The notes below the pieces were generated by a model, which saw nothing but the letters and a program-made list of their open reading frames with translations, was not told where the DNA came from and ran no database searches. This document shows, piece after piece, positions 41,656 to 51,760 of a stretch of 64,000 bases of DNA; positions within the stretch are counted from its first letter, which is position 1, and each line of letters starts with the position of its first letter. Made by a program: the position numbers and the translations under genes. Location of the stretch: assembly GCA_947478395.1 (NCBI GenBank), contig CANJVR010000002.1, positions 480,001-544,000 of the forward strand. The letters run 5' to 3'. Source of the DNA: Opitutia bacterium. Lineage in GTDB: Bacteria; Verrucomicrobiota; Verrucomicrobiia; Opitutales; Opitutaceae.

Positions 41656-42117
41656 TCACGACTCGATGATACTCGAATCCAAATGCTGAATGATCAGCTC
41701 CTGCACCGTCGCTAAAAACAGGTAGCACATGAAGGCCTTGCGGACCGCCGGCTCGAGGTCATCCAGCTCCACATCGCCGCCTTCGAGCGAATCGTCACCC
41801 AAGCCTTTGAGGAACTGCTCACGCAACCGGAGTCGCACCGCGGCGGCGGCGCGCACGATGGGCTCGGCGTTAGCCTCGTCGAACCCGACCACGCCATCGG
41901 TGAAAAATTCCTCGTTGAACAGCGCGAGCAGTGTTTGCAGGTCTTCGTTTTGCGCCGTCAGCAGATCGCCCACCCATGCTGCCTGAAAATCTGCATCGAG
42001 ATCCTCGAGCGCCTGCGGCGCGGCCAGACTTTGCTTCAGCCCTTCAGCCAGTTCCTTGATGACGTCGAGGAGCGGCGCCACGATCGGCAGGCTCAACTTT
42101 ACCTCAAGACGTTTCAT
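41656..42117 (-). CDS. Acidic helical protein coupled to clpS (DUF2017-like)
   Basis: AAAVRLRL..., YLFLATVQELII; overlaps the clpS 3' end. Confidence 0.7.
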   Translation of the reverse strand: MKRLEVKLSLPIVAPLLDVIKELAEGLKQSLAAPQALEDLDADFQAAWVGDLLTAQNEDLQTLLALFNEEFFTDGVVGFDEANAEPIVRAAAAVRLRLREQFLKGLGDDSLEGGDVELDDLEPAVRKAFMCYLFLATVQELIIQHLDSSIIES

Positions 42118-42409
42118 CGGGCTCCAGCACGGCGGTCAGGTGCCATTGTTGCAAAGTGAAAACGTACGCCTCGCCTTTTTCGCGCAGGCCGCTCCACACC
42201 ACCGAGCGCCCTAGTTCGTGCACCTCGAGCATGTGCCGACGCGCACGCGATTCATCGAAGCCGAAAACTTTTTTGAAAATCATGACGACGTAGGACATCA
42301 GGTTGACCGGATCGTTTAGCACGACGACGCGCCAATTCCCGGAAAGCTCGAGCTCCGTCCGGCTTTGGGCCTGGGTCGTCGGTGAGGGCTTGGCGCAGGC
42401 CAAAATCAT
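42104..42409 (-). CDS. clpS: ATP-dependent Clp protease adaptor
   Basis: WRVVVLNDPVNLMSYV...MLEVHELGRSVV. Confidence 0.9.
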   Translation of the reverse strand: MILACAKPSPTTQAQSRTELELSGNWRVVVLNDPVNLMSYVVMIFKKVFGFDESRARRHMLEVHELGRSVVWSGLREKGEAYVFTLQQWHLTAVLEPDETS

Positions 42410-44172
42410 GATGCGTTGACCCGCGCTGCACTCACCGCGGCCGCAATGAGCGCGGCCGCTTCTGCGAGCGGAAGTTTTTGTACATCCTTCGACGTACGCG
42501 CCTTCAACTCCACAATTCCGTCTTTCAGGCCCTTGCTGCCGATTGTCACGCGCAACGGAATACCGATCAGGTCGGCATCCTTGAACTTAACGCCCGGACG
42601 TTCGGCGCGATCGTCGATGATGACGTCCGCGCCCGCCTTCTCGGCTGCGGCCGCAAGCGATTGAGCGAGCTCCATCGCCTCCGGCACACCCGGATCGAGC
42701 AGACAGATGAGCAGGTGAAACGGCGCCGCGTTCCACGGCCAAATAATGCCGTCGGCGTCGTGACTTTGTTCGATCACGGCCTGCAACGTCCGGCTAATGC
42801 CGATGCCGTAGCAACCCATCACCATCAGGTGTGACTGCTTCTGGTCATCGGTGTACACCGCGCCAAATTTCTCCGAGTACTTCGTGCCCAGTTTGAAAAT
42901 GTGCCCGACCTCGATGCCGCGGCGCACTTGCAACGGCTGGCCGGATTGCGGACACGGCTCGCCCGGACGCACGCGACGGAAGTCCCCAAACTTCGTGATC
43001 GCGAGATCGCGGGTCACGTTAACGTTGCGCAGGTGGAAGCCGTCTTTGTTGGCGCCCGTCGTGCCGTTGCCCGTGAGCCGGATGGCATGATCGGCAAACA
43101 CCCCCGCGAGCGCCGCCGGATTTTTGATGGTGCCGTTCACGGCCCCGAGACTGCCCGGTTTTGCGCCGAGCACGGGCTCGATTTCTTCCGGCGTGGCTGC
43201 GCGGAAAAGTCCGAAACCGAGCGAGCCCAGTTTCGCTTCTTCGAGTTCGTCGTTGCCGCGGAGAATCACGAGAAACGGCTTCCCGTCGCCCATATACACG
43301 AGCGTTTTGAACTGCTGCTCTGCCGCCACGCCGTACGGCGCCGCCGCCAGCGCGGCGATCGTCACCACACCCGGCGTGGCGAATTCCTCGATCGCGCCCG
43401 TCGGCGCCGCATCGGCCAGGTCCTTCGGCACGAGCGCGCTCGTGGCCTTCTCGCGATTCGCCGCGTAGCCCGCCTCGCTGTAGATCACATCGTCGTCACC
43501 GATTTCCGCTGGCACCATGAACTCGTGCGAGTAACTGCCGCCCATCACGCCGGTGTCAGCTTCGACTGCGATGGCCTGCACGCCGACGCGTTTGAAAAAC
43601 TTCACGTAGGCCTCCTTCATCGCGAAATAACTTTTCACGGCGCCGTCGTCGGTCGCGTCGAAGGAGTAAGCATCCATCATCACAAACTCCCGCGCCCGCA
43701 TCAGGCCAAAGCGCGGACGGATCTCGTTGCGGAACTTGGTCGCAATCTGGAAAAAATTCTTCGGGAGATCGCGATAGCTCGTGATCTCAGCCTTCACCAG
43801 CGGGGTGATGATTTCCTCGTGGGTTGGCCCGAGCACGAATTCCGGCTCGCGCGAACGGCCCTTGCCGTTGCCGGCGCTGTCGACGCGAAACATGATCTCC
43901 CGTGCTGCGGCCCAGCGCGGACCCTGCTCCCAGTTTTCTACCGGATGGACGTGCGGCATCCATAATTCAATGCCGCCACCACGCTCAATTTCCTCGCGGC
44001 AGATCTGGGTGAGCTTCTGCATCACGCGTAGACCGAGCGGCATGAACGTATAAAGACCGCCGCCCAATTTGCGCACGAGGCCGGCGCGAACGAGCAACTT
44101 GTGCGACGCGATTTCGGCGTCGGCCGGGCTTTCCTTAAGAGTGGGGATAAAAAATTGCGACCAGAGTTTCAT
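42406..44172 (-). CDS. proS: Proline--tRNA ligase with editing insertion domain
   Basis: SHKLLVRAG, LGPTHEE, FRNEIRPRFGLMRAREF, GIEVGHIFKLG, MGCYGIG. Confidence 0.97.
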   Translation of the reverse strand: MKLWSQFFIPTLKESPADAEIASHKLLVRAGLVRKLGGGLYTFMPLGLRVMQKLTQICREEIERGGGIELWMPHVHPVENWEQGPRWAAAREIMFRVDSAGNGKGRSREPEFVLGPTHEEIITPLVKAEITSYRDLPKNFFQIATKFRNEIRPRFGLMRAREFVMMDAYSFDATDDGAVKSYFAMKEAYVKFFKRVGVQAIAVEADTGVMGGSYSHEFMVPAEIGDDDVIYSEAGYAANREKATSALVPKDLADAAPTGAIEEFATPGVVTIAALAAAPYGVAAEQQFKTLVYMGDGKPFLVILRGNDELEEAKLGSLGFGLFRAATPEEIEPVLGAKPGSLGAVNGTIKNPAALAGVFADHAIRLTGNGTTGANKDGFHLRNVNVTRDLAITKFGDFRRVRPGEPCPQSGQPLQVRRGIEVGHIFKLGTKYSEKFGAVYTDDQKQSHLMVMGCYGIGISRTLQAVIEQSHDADGIIWPWNAAPFHLLICLLDPGVPEAMELAQSLAAAAEKAGADVIIDDRAERPGVKFKDADLIGIPLRVTIGSKGLKDGIVELKARTSKDVQKLPLAEAAALIAAAVSAARVNAS

Positions 44173-44260
44173 GCAGCTCGCCAACGAAGCAGCGGCGCTG
44201 CTGCCGCGCAAATTTATTTGCGACGCCGGCCGACCCGCCGATTAATGCGGGGCCCGCCTC

Positions 44261-44872
44261 ATGCCTGCCTCCCGCGAACGCCAGCCCTGGTCCATGAAAT
44301 GGATCGTCCTCACGATCATCGTGTGTCTCGTCGTCTATACCTATCTGACGCTGCACTACCGCAAAACCACGCCGGTGTTCCGGCCTTACGAAGATATCCG
44401 CGCGCGCGCCACAACCATCCGCCTGCTTTCCGCGGGCTATCAGCGCATCCCGCTCACGGCCCAGCAGCCCGCCGATCCCATCGCGCCCGAAACTAACGCG
44501 GTTATCGCCGCGACCCAGGGAGGAGTGCCGGATGATTTGCGCACGACGCTCGTCGACCAGCCCTTGCTGCCCGACGAAATTATCCGCGTGGTCGCGGCTC
44601 CCAGCGTGAGCGCATTGTTCGCGTACCCAATTCAGTTCACTTGCTCGCTGTCCGACAATCACCGTCAACTTGCCGGCGCCGAACTCTACGTTAAGGGCGA
44701 TGTACTTTACGTTGTCCCCGCGTTCGAACCGCTCAACCCCGCGCTGCTCGCCCGCACTCGCGAGAGCCTCGTCCGCGTCACCGTCCCGGCCGGCGCGCTG
44801 AAGTCCGGAACCTACCAAGCCACGCTGGTCGGAGCGCACGCTTCAAAAACCTGGACCGTGCAAGTGCGTTGA
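44261..44872 (+). CDS. Membrane-anchored hypothetical protein
   Basis: N-terminal TM (WIVLTIIVCLVVYTYLTL); clean coding-like ORF. Confidence 0.7.
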   Translation: MPASRERQPWSMKWIVLTIIVCLVVYTYLTLHYRKTTPVFRPYEDIRARATTIRLLSAGYQRIPLTAQQPADPIAPETNAVIAATQGGVPDDLRTTLVDQPLLPDEIIRVVAAPSVSALFAYPIQFTCSLSDNHRQLAGAELYVKGDVLYVVPAFEPLNPALLARTRESLVRVTVPAGALKSGTYQATLVGAHASKTWTVQVR

Positions 44873-44908
44873 CGCGCACCGCCGCCTCGTCGAGAAATTC
44901 GGCCAGAC

Positions 44909-46279
44909 ATGAGCAACGCCCACGGATCTGCCTCCGCCGCTCCCTCGCCTGCCGCCAGCAACGGCTCCGCTTCGCCTGCGCAAACCGCGCCTATTATCAA
45001 GCCGAACGACCTGCGTGGCATCCTGCAGTACGTGCCGCGATTTCAGGGGCAGATTTTTGTCATCGCGATCGACGGCGCCATCATCGCCGACGAAAACTTC
45101 AGCAATCTCCTCGTCGATATCGCCGTCCTGCGGAGCCTCCACATCAAAGTCGTGCTCATCCACGGCATCGGGCATCAAATCCAGGAGCTCGCGACATTGC
45201 GGGGCGTCGCGATCACCAACAACGACGGCATGGGGATCACCGACGCCCCTACGCTCGACCTTTCAATCCGCGCTGCGTCGCGCGTTTCCCACCTCATCCT
45301 CGAAGGGCTCACGCAAAATTCGCTGAAGGCGGTCATCACGAATGCCGTGCGTGCGCTACCGGTTGGGATCATCAAGGGCGTCGACCAGCAACTTACGGGT
45401 AAAGTCGAAAGGATCGACAAGGATTTCATCGGCGCGCTCATCGAGCAGCACGTTGTCCCGCTGATCATTCCGGTCGCATTCGGTCCCGATGGAAAATCGT
45501 TGCGCGTCAATTCCGACCTGCTCGCGGCCGAGGTCGCCGAGGCGCTGCATGCGACGAAGATCATTTACCTCACGCCGCACGCGGGACTGGAAATCAACGG
45601 CAAGCTGCGCCGGGAAATCTCGGTCGACGCGCTCAAGAAAATTGTGGAGACGCAGCCCGAGCAGATCGGCGAGGCCGTGCGCTCTAAAGCCGTGCACGCC
45701 GTGAAAGCGATCGAGACCGGTACGCCGCGGGTGCACATCGTGGACGGCCGCGTGTTTGACGGACTGTTGAATGAAATTTTCTCCAACGAGGGCGTGGGCT
45801 CGCTCGTGTACGGCAATGATTATCAGCAGATCCGCAAAGCCACGAAGCGCGACGTGCGTTTCATCTACCATCTCACGCGCGCGGGCGTGAAGCGCGAGGA
45901 GCTGCTGCAACGCTCGCAGCAATCAATCGAGAAAATCATCGACCAATTCTACGTCTACGAGGTGGACGAGAACATCATCGCGTGTGTCACGCTGTATTCT
46001 TATCCCGACAAGCCCACGCTCGCCGAAATTGGGTCGCTCTACGTGCTGCCTTTCTACCACAACCGTGGCATCGGGAAGAAAATGGTCGAGTACGCCTGCA
46101 TGCAGGCGAAGGAGCGCGGCGCCACCTCGATGCTGGCGCTCTCGACGCAGAGCTACGGTTTCTTTGCCAGCGTGTGTGGTTTCGAAGAGACGACGAAGGA
46201 AGCGCTCCCCGAGGCCCGGTTGAAACTTTACGAAGACAGTGGCCGTAACGCCAAGGTGATGGTCAAGCAGCTGGCTTGA
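44909..46279 (+). CDS. argA: Amino-acid N-acetyltransferase (N-acetylglutamate synthase; AAK + GNAT)
   Basis: AAK domain (VLIHG, RVHIVDG, LLNEIFSNEGVGS) plus GNAT domain (HNRGIGKKM). Confidence 0.92.
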   Translation: MSNAHGSASAAPSPAASNGSASPAQTAPIIKPNDLRGILQYVPRFQGQIFVIAIDGAIIADENFSNLLVDIAVLRSLHIKVVLIHGIGHQIQELATLRGVAITNNDGMGITDAPTLDLSIRAASRVSHLILEGLTQNSLKAVITNAVRALPVGIIKGVDQQLTGKVERIDKDFIGALIEQHVVPLIIPVAFGPDGKSLRVNSDLLAAEVAEALHATKIIYLTPHAGLEINGKLRREISVDALKKIVETQPEQIGEAVRSKAVHAVKAIETGTPRVHIVDGRVFDGLLNEIFSNEGVGSLVYGNDYQQIRKATKRDVRFIYHLTRAGVKREELLQRSQQSIEKIIDQFYVYEVDENIIACVTLYSYPDKPTLAEIGSLYVLPFYHNRGIGKKMVEYACMQAKERGATSMLALSTQSYGFFASVCGFEETTKEALPEARLKLYEDSGRNAKVMVKQLA

Positions 46280-46532
46280 TCCGTCGCTTTACCTAGATGA
46301 AGGCGGGGCCCACGGGGTTTTGACGTCGCTTGTTGGACCGCCTCTTTGGCGAGCCTGCGCGGCCGCGAAATAAGAGAGCTAGGTGCAGTTCGGTTTTCAT
46401 GAATTACTAACATGAAAACGCGTTCGCGCATCGTAAACCGCCGATCGCGCGCACTGCGACCCCAGGGCCTTCGGGCGCTGGGCCGTTAAATCCGACTCGA
46501 CCCCAGCGGCTGGGCGTTTTGTTTAAGCGTGC

Positions 46533-47342
46533 TTGTCTTCTTTCCTTACGCTTCAGCCCATCGGTTTCATCCGCACGCAAAAGCAGGTGAAGTTCCAAGC
46601 GCGCCACCAACCGGCCGAAACCGAGCCGGAGCGCAACGTCCTAGAACTCTTGCCCGGTTGTGACTACGAGCTGGCTCTCCGCGATCTCGCGGGTTTTTCA
46701 CGGATCTGGCTGATCTGGTGGTTTCATCGCAACACGGGCTGGCGCCCACAGGTGCTGCCGCCGCGCGGGCCGGCCCAACGTCGCGGCGTGTTCGCTACTC
46801 GCTCCCCTCACCGGCCCTGTCCGCTGGGTCTGACGCCGGTTCAGCTCATCAAGATCGAGGGCCGGCAGCTCATCCTCGGCGCGTGCGACTTGGTGGATGG
46901 AACGCCGGTGTTCGACATCAAACCTTACGTGGCGGACTACGATTCGTTTCCCGATGAGCGCGCCGGCTGGATCGACGACGTGAATGCGATCCTCGCAGCG
47001 CCGCCGCAGTTCACGGTGCAATTCGCCCCACTGGCCGAGGAGCAGGCCCACTGGCTGATCTCAGGCTGGCAGATCGATTTTCGTCCGCGGCTGTTTGAGT
47101 TGCTTTCGCGCGATCCCTCGCCCCACAAGACGCGCCGCATTCGTCCGCGGCGAAACACCCCGCATTTTGAAATCGGCTGTGGTGCGTGGCGGGCGATCTT
47201 CGCCGTCGAAGAAAACAAAGTTAAGGTGCTCGAAATCGAACCAGGTTATCCGCGACGTTTCCTGGTCGACCCGGCCCGAGAAGGCATGCCCGATGCGGCC
47301 GCGCAGCTCGCGTTTTTGGAATTCTGGCCAGAGCGGGCGTGA
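46533..47342 (+). CDS. trmO: tRNA (N6-threonylcarbamoyladenosine37-N6)-methyltransferase TrmO/TsaA
   Basis: GFSRIWLIWWFH, RGVFATRSPHRP, DLVDGTPVFDIKPY; TTG start. Confidence 0.88.
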   Translation: MSSFLTLQPIGFIRTQKQVKFQARHQPAETEPERNVLELLPGCDYELALRDLAGFSRIWLIWWFHRNTGWRPQVLPPRGPAQRRGVFATRSPHRPCPLGLTPVQLIKIEGRQLILGACDLVDGTPVFDIKPYVADYDSFPDERAGWIDDVNAILAAPPQFTVQFAPLAEEQAHWLISGWQIDFRPRLFELLSRDPSPHKTRRIRPRRNTPHFEIGCGAWRAIFAVEENKVKVLEIEPGYPRRFLVDPAREGMPDAAAQLAFLEFWPERA

Positions 47343-47349
47343 AGATCGA

Positions 47350-47432
47350 AATGTAGGCGGGGTGACCTCACGCCACACGGACGTGATTTCACCTGCGACG
47401 TTTAAGCGGGTTGAGGGCACGCCGCCTACATT
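47350..47432. repeat. GTAG-type REPIN, family C
   Basis: aatgtaggcgg (47350-47360) / ccgcctacatt (47422-47432) terminal inverted repeat. Confidence 0.7.
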
Positions 47433-47465
47433 CACGCATTGATTCCGATCCGCGTGATGCGGCCC

Positions 47466-47498
47466 AAAAAAAGCCGCCCGGATTTCTCCGGGCGGCTT
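47466..47498 (-). terminator. Intrinsic terminator of rpsA
   Basis: aagccgcccgga-tttc-tccgggcggctt stem; the A7 tract gives a U-tract on the minus strand. Confidence 0.85.
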
Positions 47499-47524
47499 GA
47501 AGTGATCGAAACGATGAGCGGCGA

Positions 47525-49195
47525 TTATTCCTTCTTGGACGCTTCGTCCAAGATGTCACCGAGGTTCATCATGTCGTTGCCGGCACTACGATTCAACGCC
47601 TCGTAGGTCGCCGTCTCGGCGGCGAGATCCTCAGCGCTGTAGTTGGCGGCCTTGATCGAGAGACCCAGGCGGCGCTCGTCGCGGTCGATTTTCACGACGC
47701 GAGCCGTGACCTGCTGACCGGGCTTGAGCACGTCCTTGATCTTGTCGATGCGCTCCTCGCTGATCTGCGAGATGTGCACGAGGCCGTCGATGCCGTCTTT
47801 CAGCTCCACGAAGGCGCCGAAGGACGTGACCTTGCTGATCGTGCCTGTGACGACGTCGCCGATCTTGAAGAACGAATCGATGTCGGACCACGGATCGACC
47901 GCGAGTTGCTTCATGCCGAGGCTGATGCGCTGCTGCGTCGGATCGACGTCGAGCACGATCGCGTCCACTTCGTCGCCCTTCTTCAGGACTTCGGACGGGT
48001 GGTTGACCTTGCGGGTCCAGCTCATGTCGGAGACGTGCACCATACCGTCGATGCCCTCTTCGAGTTCGATGAACGCGCCGTAGGTGGTCATGTTGCGGAC
48101 CTTGCCGCGCACGCGAGCGCCGATCGGATAGTTGTGGCGCACCATGTCCCACGGGTTCGGCTCCAGCTGACGGAGGCCGAGGGAAATCTTTTGGTCATCC
48201 TTCTGGATGCCGAGGACAACCGCGTCCAATTCCTGACCGACCTTGAGCAGTTCGGAGGGCTTGGTGATGCGCTTGGTCCAGGACATCTCGGTGATATGCA
48301 CGAGGCCTTCGACGCCGGGCTCGATCTCGACGAACGCGCCGTAAGGCACGAGGTTGACGACCTTGCCGTGAACTTTGGCGCCGACGGGGAACTTGCGCTC
48401 GATCTCGTCCCACGGATTTTTCGTGGTCTGTTTCAAGCCGAGGGAAACGCGCTCTTTCTCGCGGTTCACTTCGATGATCATCACTTGGATCTCTTCGCCC
48501 TGTTTCACCATTTCGCTCGGGTGCGAGATACGGCCCCAGCTCATGTCGGTGATGTGGAGCAAGCCGTCCATGCCATCGAGGTCGATGAACGCGCCGAAGT
48601 CGGTGATGTTTTTAACGATGCCCTTGCGGACCTGGCCGGGCTGGATCGAGTCGAGGAGGTTGCGACGCTTGGAAGCGCGCTGTTCTTCGATGAGCTCGCG
48701 ACGCGACAGAACGACGTTCTGGCGGACGAGATCGATCTTGAGGACCTTGAAGTCGTAGGTCTGGCCCACGTACTGATCGAGGTTCTTGGGCGGCTGCACA
48801 TCGATGTGCGAAGCCGGCATGAAAGCGTCGACGCCGATCGAGACGATCAGGCCGCCTTTGACCTTGGCCTTGACGCGACCAGCGGCGATGGAGCCCTCTG
48901 GAAATTTGGTGAGGATGTTATCCCAGTTTTTCTTCTGCTCGGCCTTGTCGAACGAGAGGATGGGATTGCCGTTCTTGTCTTCGAGTTTCTCAACGAGCAC
49001 CTCGATGGTGGAGCCGATTTGCAGTTCACCGATATCGATGAACTCATGGGCGGGGATCAGGCCTTCAGATTTGCCGCCGATATCGACGACAACTTCATTT
49101 TGGCGGATCTCAGTGATGGTGCCGGGGACGATCGCGCCGATCTTCAACTTATCGAAGGAGGACTGCGCGAGCAGATCATTCATTAACGAACTCAT
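47525..49195 (-). CDS. rpsA: 30S ribosomal protein S1
   Basis: Six S1 repeats (GAFIDL, DGLLHITDMSW, GAFVEI...). Confidence 0.97.
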   Translation of the reverse strand: MSSLMNDLLAQSSFDKLKIGAIVPGTITEIRQNEVVVDIGGKSEGLIPAHEFIDIGELQIGSTIEVLVEKLEDKNGNPILSFDKAEQKKNWDNILTKFPEGSIAAGRVKAKVKGGLIVSIGVDAFMPASHIDVQPPKNLDQYVGQTYDFKVLKIDLVRQNVVLSRRELIEEQRASKRRNLLDSIQPGQVRKGIVKNITDFGAFIDLDGMDGLLHITDMSWGRISHPSEMVKQGEEIQVMIIEVNREKERVSLGLKQTTKNPWDEIERKFPVGAKVHGKVVNLVPYGAFVEIEPGVEGLVHITEMSWTKRITKPSELLKVGQELDAVVLGIQKDDQKISLGLRQLEPNPWDMVRHNYPIGARVRGKVRNMTTYGAFIELEEGIDGMVHVSDMSWTRKVNHPSEVLKKGDEVDAIVLDVDPTQQRISLGMKQLAVDPWSDIDSFFKIGDVVTGTISKVTSFGAFVELKDGIDGLVHISQISEERIDKIKDVLKPGQQVTARVVKIDRDERRLGLSIKAANYSAEDLAAETATYEALNRSAGNDMMNLGDILDEASKKE

Positions 49196-49613
49196 ATGCG
49201 TAAACGGCGGACGTAACGCTTGCTCCAGCACGTCGGTCCACCGGGTTTGGCCTTGCGGCCGAGGTTGACTGTTTGACTGAGGGAAAAGGCCGGCGGGAGC
49301 ATCGCGGCGACGCCAGCCTTACCAATAACAAATGCCGCGAAGGATCAGAATCCCCTCCGAGCGTGCGTGCCGGCAAGCCCTAATTTCGGTTTTCCAAGGG
49401 AAACCGGGAGCCCGATCTTCGAGTTCCTTTGCGGCACGGGAACTTGGTACTCAGAGCGCAAAAGGAGGCAGTCGCAGCGTGACCCGAAGAGCTGGGCGGA
49501 AACGACGGCGCGTGTTTTGGGCGTTTTCATCGTGCCATGGTGCGGTCCGCGCATATGAATTTTTTGAGCCGACCAAAGTTTCAGTCCACCTTTGCGAACG
49601 GCCCCTCCCCTTC

Positions 49614-50588
49614 ATGCCTAACCGCCTTTCCAAACTCGTTCGTGCCGTGTGGCGACTGCTGGCTATTGCCGCCGCGGGTGTCACGACGTCAGCGATGGCC
49701 GCGGCGTCCTCCGAGCTGGTCGGTATTCCCGGCGTGGTCGCCGCCGGCATCCGCGTCGAATTAATCAAAGATGGTTTTCAAGGCACCGAAGGACCGATCG
49801 CGCTGCCGGACGGCAGTCTGCTTTTCACCGAACCGCAGGCGAATCGCGTGAACCGAATCTCGGCCGCCGGGGAAGTTTCGGTATTTCTCAACGACACCAA
49901 CGGCACCAACGCGCTCGCGTTCACCCGCAGCGGCGATCTGGTCGCGGTGCAAATCGGAAAACCCCGTCTCGCCGTGATCTACCCGGCGGATCGGGTGAAG
50001 ATCCAGGCGGATCGTTTCGAAGGCCTGGCCTTCTTTCGGCCCAACGATCTCGTGGCCGATCGGAAGGGCGGAATTTATTTTACCGATCCGAGTACGCCGC
50101 CGAAACCGGAAACGCCTGCGCCCCCACCGCCCTCGGTGTATTATCTCACCCCCGAGCAAAAACTCCTGCGTCTCACAACGGACATCACGCGGCCCAACGG
50201 CATCCAGCTCAGCCCCGACGAAAAAACGCTCTACGTCGCCAACACGTGGGGGGAATTCGTGCTGGCTTACGACATTGGCGCCGACGGCACGATCAGCGGC
50301 CGGAGGGATTTTGCCCAACTGGTGGGGTTTCAAAAAACTGAAACCGGTTTCACCAGCGGGGCTGACGGCTTGGCCGTTGATGCAAGCGGCCGACTGTTGG
50401 TCGCGACCACCGTTGGAATTCAGGTTTTCACGTCGGCCGGGGTCAGTCTCGGGATCATTCCGATTCCACTGCAGCCGCAAAACCTGGCCTTTGCAGGCGT
50501 AGACAAAAAGACCTTGTACGTCGTGGGGCGCGGCGCGGTCTATCGGATTCCCATGCTCACGTCCGGGTTTGCCGACCGCGCGAAGTAA
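49614..50588 (+). CDS. SMP-30/gluconolactonase family protein, secreted
   Basis: TEGP, RPNDLV, YFTDP, RPNGIQLSPD, ADGLAVD. Confidence 0.9.
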   Translation: MPNRLSKLVRAVWRLLAIAAAGVTTSAMAAASSELVGIPGVVAAGIRVELIKDGFQGTEGPIALPDGSLLFTEPQANRVNRISAAGEVSVFLNDTNGTNALAFTRSGDLVAVQIGKPRLAVIYPADRVKIQADRFEGLAFFRPNDLVADRKGGIYFTDPSTPPKPETPAPPPPSVYYLTPEQKLLRLTTDITRPNGIQLSPDEKTLYVANTWGEFVLAYDIGADGTISGRRDFAQLVGFQKTETGFTSGADGLAVDASGRLLVATTVGIQVFTSAGVSLGIIPIPLQPQNLAFAGVDKKTLYVVGRGAVYRIPMLTSGFADRAK

Positions 50589-50601
50589 CGCGACCTGAAA
50601 C

Positions 50602-51402
50602 ATGAGCCGCGAAACGTGTTATCGGTGCTTCTGGCCCAAGTCGCTATGCTGGTGCGCGTCGATCACGCCGATGGCGACGCGCACCAAATTTATTTTCCTG
50701 ATGCACCCCAAGGAATTCAAACAGGAAAAGGCCGGCACGGGGCGGCTGACCCACCTCTGCCTCGCCGGGAGCGAACTGCACGTGGGCTTGAGTTTCGACC
50801 AAAATGAAAAGGTGCAGGCGTTGGTCAATGATCCCGCCAACTTGACGATGTTGGTCTACCCCGGTCCTCAGGCGCTGAATCTTTCGCGGGGCGATTTGCC
50901 GCCGGTCGATCGTGGTGGACGACGCTTGGTCGTACTCTTGCTCGACGGCACCTGGGCGGCCGCCCGCAAGATGCTCAAGCTGAGCCCGACGCTGCAACGG
51001 CTGCCGCGCCTCATGTTCACGCCGACGGCGCCCAGCCGTTACATCATCAAACAGCAACCGCAGGTCGGCTGCCTATCCACCTTAGAAGCGACTCACGAAC
51101 TGCTGCTCGCGCTGGAGCGCACCGGGCTCGACGCCTATCCGCAGCCCGCTCAACTGCTGAATTTATTTAAGCGCATGCAAGATTTCCAGATGCGCTGCGC
51201 CGCGGACCCTGCACGGACCGGATATCGCCGGCAGCCCTACAGTTCCCCAGGCGAACGCAGCCTCGCGCGCGGACGGAGCGCATCGCGGCGCGAGCAATAT
51301 CTCGGTCGAGTGCCGGCCACCGGCCGGAAACTCGATCAACCGACCGCCAGCAGTTCGACCACAAACACCAATGTCGCGTTGGGCGGAATCGCGCCGGGAT
51401 AG
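50602..51402 (+). CDS. DTW-domain tRNA-uridine aminocarboxypropyltransferase
   Basis: N-terminal CxxC...CxC, HPKE, TGRL, LDGTW, LSTLEA. Confidence 0.88.
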   Translation: MSRETCYRCFWPKSLCWCASITPMATRTKFIFLMHPKEFKQEKAGTGRLTHLCLAGSELHVGLSFDQNEKVQALVNDPANLTMLVYPGPQALNLSRGDLPPVDRGGRRLVVLLLDGTWAAARKMLKLSPTLQRLPRLMFTPTAPSRYIIKQQPQVGCLSTLEATHELLLALERTGLDAYPQPAQLLNLFKRMQDFQMRCAADPARTGYRRQPYSSPGERSLARGRSASRREQYLGRVPATGRKLDQPTASSSTTNTNVALGGIAPG

Positions 51403-51668
51403 CCGTGCTCGCCGTAAGCGAGATGAGGCGGCAGCGTCAGCTTCACTTTATCGCCCACTTTCATTTGCGCGACGCCAAGATCCCAACCGGGGATCACCTG
51501 CCCAGCTCCCAGCACGAACGTAAACGGCTCGTCGCGATCCACGGAGCTGTCGAATTTTTTCCCGTCCATGAACGTCCCGGTATAATGCACGGTGACCGCG
51601 CGCCCTTTTTTGGGCGAGGCACCTTTGCCGGCAACCAAGTTCTCGATCTGCATTTCAGCGTTAGCCAT
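51336..51668 (-). CDS. FKBP-type peptidyl-prolyl isomerase
   Basis: VHYTG...FDSS...VIPGWD...AYG...IPPNATLVF. Confidence 0.95.
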   Translation of the reverse strand: MANAEMQIENLVAGKGASPKKGRAVTVHYTGTFMDGKKFDSSVDRDEPFTFVLGAGQVIPGWDLGVAQMKVGDKVKLTLPPHLAYGEHGYPGAIPPNATLVFVVELLAVG

Positions 51669-51760
51669 GCCGCAGGTCAGTGGGGCAGCGGGCCCGGGTC
51701 AAGGCCGCGTGTCCGCGCCTCGCGCGACAGAACGCTTTTTTCACGCCGGCGCGGTGCCGC

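Noticed and set aside
47774..49186. 470-aa plus-strand ORF
   Set aside because: Antisense shadow of the strongly codon-biased rpsA.
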